A stretch of DNA of 63,840 bases, filler included, from Aduncisulcus paluster (taxonomy: Eukaryota), in the NCBI GenBank assembly GCA_024181965.1. It is 12 parts of 12 records of this genome, joined end to end, with 100 filler letters (N's around TTAATTAATTAA, not from the genome) between each part and the next. Parts side by side here need not be neighbours in the genome. Positions count along the whole stretch, not along the records: positions 58,512 to 61,429 come from BQXS01011382.1; positions 61,530 to 63,840 come from BQXS01011477.1; 10 more parts are not named here. The stretch is one strand, 5' to 3'. Both the position numbers and the translations under genes were made by a program. Each line of letters starts with the position of its first letter. Within the stretch, counting starts at the first letter, position 1. Under the pieces are notes generated by a model that was not told the origin of the DNA, did not search any database, and saw only the letters and a program-made list of their open reading frames with translations. Of this stretch, positions 58,512 through 63,840 are shown piece after piece.

Positions 58512-61428
58512 CAGACAATGACGAGAGATTCAACACCAAATAACTTCCATTGCGAACTTCAAATTGGCATTCAGCATCAAGAGGGAGAATATTATGAAGA
58601 ATACAACTACTATAAATTTCATTCTCAATGCGGGAGAGAACAGATACACCATTGAGACAGGATGGTGATTTAACTTTGATATTAAGAATATATTGATTCA
58701 TCATTTCTTGGAAATTGGTCAAAAATATAAGGTGTATAAGGATCGTTAGACAGCATAAATTACAACACACCGTTATTGTAAGGTTAACCCATGCATAAAG
58801 ATACATCACAGATTCAACAACAACTTCCTCTGCGAGATATCCTTCAAACTGAAGAAGATGGCGGATAAGGAGTGGGTTTTCCAAAAATGTATTACTCATG
58901 AGTCCAGTGAGAACCCTTGCAATCTCTTCATCATGCTTCGATGATAAATTCAAGAGAGATTCCTTCAGTGCATGGTGTGGAATTGCTTGATCATACATGG
59001 AACTTGTTGAGAGAGGGGTTGGAAAGAGTGTCTGCATGTGATATTCCTTCGATCCACTCGACAGTAATGAGTCATTCACAGAAGTTCTTGGAGATTGGAC
59101 TATTGAAAGTGCACCTGGATCAAAAGAAGAGCGAAGTGAATGATGAATCAAAAGCTGAGAAAGATGTTCAACTTGTCCAGGTTTAAGATGAGTGGCCTCA
59201 ACAAGTCCATTCAACACAGAAACAACTTTTGAGGAAGATACTAAAGCTGGATCAGATGACAATTTGGCTGATGCTTGTTCAGAAGTTAGGAGTTTCCTTC
59301 TATCTTCAAAGACACTCAAGAAAGGAGCACGTGTTGGAGAGTAATAGAAGGGTTCATCAGAAACACCACTGTTGGATTCTTTCATTCGGCCATCATACAC
59401 ACGACTTCCATGACTGAGGTGGGTTGATTTGGAAGGGACGATAAAACCAGTCTGGAGCAACATATCTAGCTTTTCCAGACTGTAATACACGGTTGGATGC
59501 TTTTCAACCACATGAAGAGATTTAATCACATTCATCAAATCAATTACCTTCTCATGAGATATTCGTGATGAAATGGCTAGTTGCACAAGAAGGGAGATAT
59601 TATTTGGCTCAATACCAAATTCATTCAATGTTGCATCATAATGGGCAAGAGCCAAAGTCTTGGATAACAACACATTTCGTTCTTGGACTAAAGTTTGCAA
59701 ATCCACACTTTTCAGAACAACAACATATAATGAAAGACATTTAAATAATACACAAAATATGATGAGGAAAACAACAAAAAAAGCACATATTACAATCCAA
59801 GAATTGGGCTTTGGCAAGGCAGAATGGAACACAGACAAGCTAAATATTGAATGTTCAGGAAATTGAATTGACTGTTTTGGAAAAGGATCAACAGAAAGGT
59901 TTGTATTTAATTTTTTCTTCCTCTTTGAATCTTTTCCACGAATCTTAAGCAATTGTTTCTTGCTTGAAGTTTGTTGAATGGCTGAAGACGAATGTAGGGA
60001 AGCGGATGATGTTCCAAGTTTGGGACTTCCATTCCAATTTGAAGAAGATGAATTGTCGTTATTTCCTTCACAAGAACCCGTTCTTGAAATTATCTCCGTT
60101 TCATCATCCAATTGCTGCTGTAGCCACCATTGTTCTTCATTGCCTTCCATCGTGTAAGAAGTTCCAGTAGAACTGCTATTACTATCAAATATACTCCTTT
60201 TCCCTCCTTGCAAAGGGAAAGCTATGCTTCCACCGATTCCGATAATCCCTTTCCGATTGGTGAACATCTCGTATCTCATTTTTGAAGGATGAGAATTATC
60301 ATGTCGCTGAATAAGTTTGGCATTTTTTACCTCTCTCTTTCTTTCTTTTTGCTCAATTTCATTGTCAACACTTAGATTGATGAATTCTCCAAGCATTCCT
60401 TCCCTACATAAAACTTCACTTATCGCAAAAATATTCTGATGTCTTGATGAATTGGCCACACCAAGATTCTCCCATATTCCATTTTCGAGGGTATCGACAT
60501 CCCTTGAGATTTCTCCACACAATTGGCGATGTTCTCGAAGAAGATTGGCCCCACAATCAAAACATGCAGAAAGGTACATAAACCCTTCTGGAGCATCGAA
60601 ATTTGAGGAAGTTGGATCTTTGATACTCAAAGAAACAGATTTTCTTGCATTGGACAAACATGACTGAAGTCGGATAAACCGTTGTAAATTCATTACTTTC
60701 ACAACATGAGCTTCAAAAGGAAGAGTATATGAATGAGATAGAGCCATTGATGCAAGGTAATAATGGATTAATGAGAAATGTTGCACTTCATTGAAAAGCC
60801 AAATCGTCAATAAATCAGAGATTCCATAATAAGAATGGTCTAAATATCCCTCTTGCAACAGATCGAAAAAGGAGGCACCTCTTTGAGAAACAGAACTAAA
60901 CATGGCTTGAGGCTTGGTTTCAGCTTCCAAACTAACAGAAGTTTGATGATTAGGAGCTGATGTAGAAGGAAACCCAGTGGGAGGATGATCATTACCAATG
61001 TGAGAAATTCCATAATGTCTGTTGATAATTCCATTCATGAATTCCTTCTGAGATCGCGTGAGATTGTTTGCAGAAGTATCAATCTGCGCATCAGATGAAA
61101 AACGAAGCATCCGATCTGTTCTGATCTGAAGCTGATCACGAGCACACAGCTCAAGCTTTTGTAACAAACAATGGTGCTCAAAAGAGATACGCCTTGGCAT
61201 TTCCACATGATCGCATAATATTTTGAATGGAAGAGAGATGTGGTGAATGAGTTCATGCGATAACAAAGGTGGTTGAGAATAAATGTATCCAGAAGAAAAT
61301 ACATCCCCTTGGATCTTCTCCTTTAGTTTAGGGTTGTATTTGAACCATTCAGACTTGAGAGGTTTCTTTAATAAATGGGTGAATCTCCACCTTCTATGGT
61401 CACCAGTTTCAAAGTCTTCCCGAGATTC
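58512..61428 (-). CDS. Large membrane protein of unknown function (both ends truncated)
   Basis: Frame open across the whole contig; two hydrophobic segments bracket a long loop. Confidence 0.7.
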
Positions 61429-61568
61429 ANNNNNNNNNNNNNNNNNNNNNNNNNNNNNNNNNNNNNNNNNNNNTTAATTAATTAANNNNNNNNNNNNNNN
61501 NNNNNNNNNNNNNNNNNNNNNNNNNNNNNCACGAACTAACAAGTTTACAGTACATTTTGTAAACATTT

Positions 61569-63840
61569 TTACATTGATAAAATCTCAATACTCTCTTGAA
61601 TCCTCCCTAACTTTGCCATTTGTTCCGCACACTCTTTCAAACACTCCTCATAGAATTCAACATCAAAATGTTCTTCATAATCTTTAAACTCCTTCATGCC
61701 CTTGACAACTTGAACGAACGAGGCACACGATTGTTGGTGCGACCCAATGATGCGCAAAGCTCTCGAGCGAAGGGAGTGAAGGGCAATACAGAATGGGGAC
61801 CAAATTGCAGAGATGCCCTCATCCTTGCGAAGAGATGCCAGGCTTTTCTGTGCAATGTAATCGCCAATCTTTGGAAGCTCAGACTCACAAAATACCATTG
61901 CAGCGTCAGCAAGAGCATACCACTCACAATAATCACTCCTTTTGACAATCTCATGAGCAAACTTGAGGGCCTGTGCCTTCAGAGCCTTTTCCTGTTCCTT
62001 GTTAATCAGTGAGAGCTTCCAGCATGCAACCATACGAGCATAACAATCAAACCAAGACAAAGCAATGACGCATGAATCTTCACTCAATTCCTTCAAAAGT
62101 CTGGTGACATGGGCTAAAGGAGTCTCGTCAAAACCAAATTCGAAGCTAGAATCGACCAATTGACTTGAAAAGAATAGAAGATGATTCTTTGTATGAATCG
62201 ATGGTTCCATTTTCTCCATGATTTTCCAAAGACAATAGTTTTGGAATAAAACATTTTTGGAGTTACTTGGAGAAAAAGTATGGTAATGTTCCAAGAAAAC
62301 TTTGACATCCCGGATTAGCTGTTCAATAAGAGGAGACAAGGTTTCACCTTCAATATACGATGATTCATAACAGAATGAATTATCTCCTCCAATCAAGCGA
62401 ACTTTGGCCATAAATTCGGGATCTTCATCGCATATTTTAACACCTGGAGTGCGTAACAAGCAAGGACCCATAGAGGCAGAACGCAGGCACAAACATTTAA
62501 TAAAATCTCTTGGTAGAGAAGAAAAGAAGGAAGGAGAGAAAAGAAGTGAACCCTCAACCACAGAAAAAGACATTGAGCGTAGTTTGGTTGAATTCTTTTT
62601 AACAAGAGAGTAGCAGGCAATCTCTCGAAGATGTTTGGAACGGAGTTCTTTCTGTTCTTCTGGATCAGCGATAGCTTCTTCTTCCTCAAACAAATCATCG
62701 GCAAATGGCTCAGAATCATCCCCAACAAACACAAATCGTTGCTGATCCCAAGAAAGTGGCTCCACGATATCGGCACATAATGGAGTGAAGGACACATCAT
62801 TCCCAACAAGTTCTTGTTTCTCCATTTCTGATTCATAGGAATCAAACCCTTCAAGGAAATCACGAACAACTTCCTCATTCCACCTGACTTCATTCACAAT
62901 CTGACTGTTAGTTGGAACAATAGATTTGGCTGCACAATATCTCAGGATATAATCAAACAAAACCTTTTGATCGCCGAGGAATAAACTAATCTCAGCTCTG
63001 ATGTATTCTAATTCAATATTAACCCTATCTGGGAATGTTTCAAAATCTTCGAAAGGAATCTTAATGGAATATGGAGCCCTACTCACACATGTTGGGAATT
63101 TGAAGGAATTATCACTACTAGGGTCGAGACAAATGGGTTGTACTTTGCTGATCCACTCGTTTAACTTTGTAATTTGACATCCTTTAATGTATTCTTGATC
63201 GTGTTTTTCCTCCTGAGTGCGTTCTTTCAGCTCACTTGCCTTCAATTCCTCTTCATTGACTTCATCCTCAGACATAATGGCCTTCATTCGAATATCATAT
63301 CTCTCTTTCCGTCTTTTTATCATTGCTTCCCTCTTCTTTTGACGACGTTCGATCCATTCTTGCTCACGAATACGTCTGTACTTCGCTCTAATCTCACGTC
63401 TCAGGCGGACTCGTGTCTTGTTGAGGTGGGAAATCTGGGCGTATAAAACACATCTGGCAATGATCTCCCCATATTCGTGATAATACGAAAAAGGAGCAAG
63501 CGAGGAGGCAGAGAGAAGGAGGAATAAAACAAAGGACTCGGCATTCCACCTCTCGTTTGCAGCGATCAACTGAAAATGACCAGTTGCCTCAATGTCAGCG
63601 TCAGCAGTTGCAAAGTTAGTTTCAATGGAAATAATGGCCGACAATGGAGAGCCAATTCTAAAGATATCTGAAATGCAAAAGGAGAACACGAAACATGGCA
63701 TTGATGAACAGTGAGTCAATGTACTCTTCAGAATGGAATGAATGGTATTGGAGAGACGAGAGGATATGTGGAATAAACTTTTCTTATCCGACAATGGAGG
63801 AAGACAAGGGATCGGAAGAGAAGGAATATGCGTCTTGATG
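61569..63840 (-). CDS. Hypothetical protein with helical/TPR-like C-terminus (5' may extend beyond the window)
   Basis: ORF of over 740 aa. Confidence 0.7.
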   Translation of the reverse strand, partial: IKTHIPSLPIPCLPPLSDKKSLFHISSRLSNTIHSILKSTLTHCSSMPCFVFSFCISDIFRIGSPLSAIISIETNFATADADIEATGHFQLIAANERWNAESFVLFLLLSASSLAPFSYYHEYGEIIARCVLYAQISHLNKTRVRLRREIRAKYRRIREQEWIERRQKKREAMIKRRKERYDIRMKAIMSEDEVNEEELKASELKERTQEEKHDQEYIKGCQITKLNEWISKVQPICLDPSSDNSFKFPTCVSRAPYSIKIPFEDFETFPDRVNIELEYIRAEISLFLGDQKVLFDYILRYCAAKSIVPTNSQIVNEVRWNEEVVRDFLEGFDSYESEMEKQELVGNDVSFTPLCADIVEPLSWDQQRFVFVGDDSEPFADDLFEEEEAIADPEEQKELRSKHLREIACYSLVKKNSTKLRSMSFSVVEGSLLFSPSFFSSLPRDFIKCLCLRSASMGPCLLRTPGVKICDEDPEFMAKVRLIGGDNSFCYESSYIEGETLSPLIEQLIRDVKVFLEHYHTFSPSNSKNVLFQNYCLWKIMEKMEPSIHTKNHLLFFSSQLVDSSFEFGFDETPLAHVTRLLKELSEDSCVIALSWFDCYARMVACWKLSLINKEQEKALKAQALKFAHEIVKRSDYCEWYALADAAMVFCESELPKIGDYIAQKSLASLRKDEGISAIWSPFCIALHSLRSRALRIIGSHQQSCASFVQVVKGMKEFKDYEEHFDVEFYEECLKECAEQMAKLGRIQESIEILSM

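Overview
Gene-dense, AT-rich eukaryotic (protist) DNA using the standard genetic code. It is not one locus: about 12 unrelated contigs are concatenated with 100-nt artificial linkers (N44-TTAATTAATTAA-N44), plus one N20 scaffold gap. Compact genes, short GTATGT..AG introns near gene starts and expanded lineage-specific families resemble a free-living fornicate/metamonad such as Aduncisulcus (inference, not verified). Recognisable genes: LSm/NAA38-like, PDI, STK36/Fused kinase, N-myristoyltransferase, an RLPH-type phosphatase, Vps39-like, NOM1-like MA3 protein, eIF1, SAE1/Aos1, NTH1, ZSWIM7/Sws1, class II LysRS and a DDX11-like helicase. The window also holds three members of a divergent kinase family (one fused to PABP-like RRMs, one apparently the cytoplasmic part of an LRR-EGF-TM receptor) and the 5' part of a DIRS-like retrotransposon. 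Best signals: (1) a complete -1 frameshift cassette (T_CCT_TTT, 6-nt spacer, 12-bp stem) joining DIRS gag to RT, with the third frame also open for over 1 kb; (2) an RLPH phosphatase and an NTH1 glycosylase whose catalytic domains are split by very large low-complexity inserts; (3) modular reuse of one kinase domain; (4) a palindrome-rich GC island. Several exact duplications and single-base frameshifts are probably assembly errors. All homology calls are from motif recognition, with no database search.
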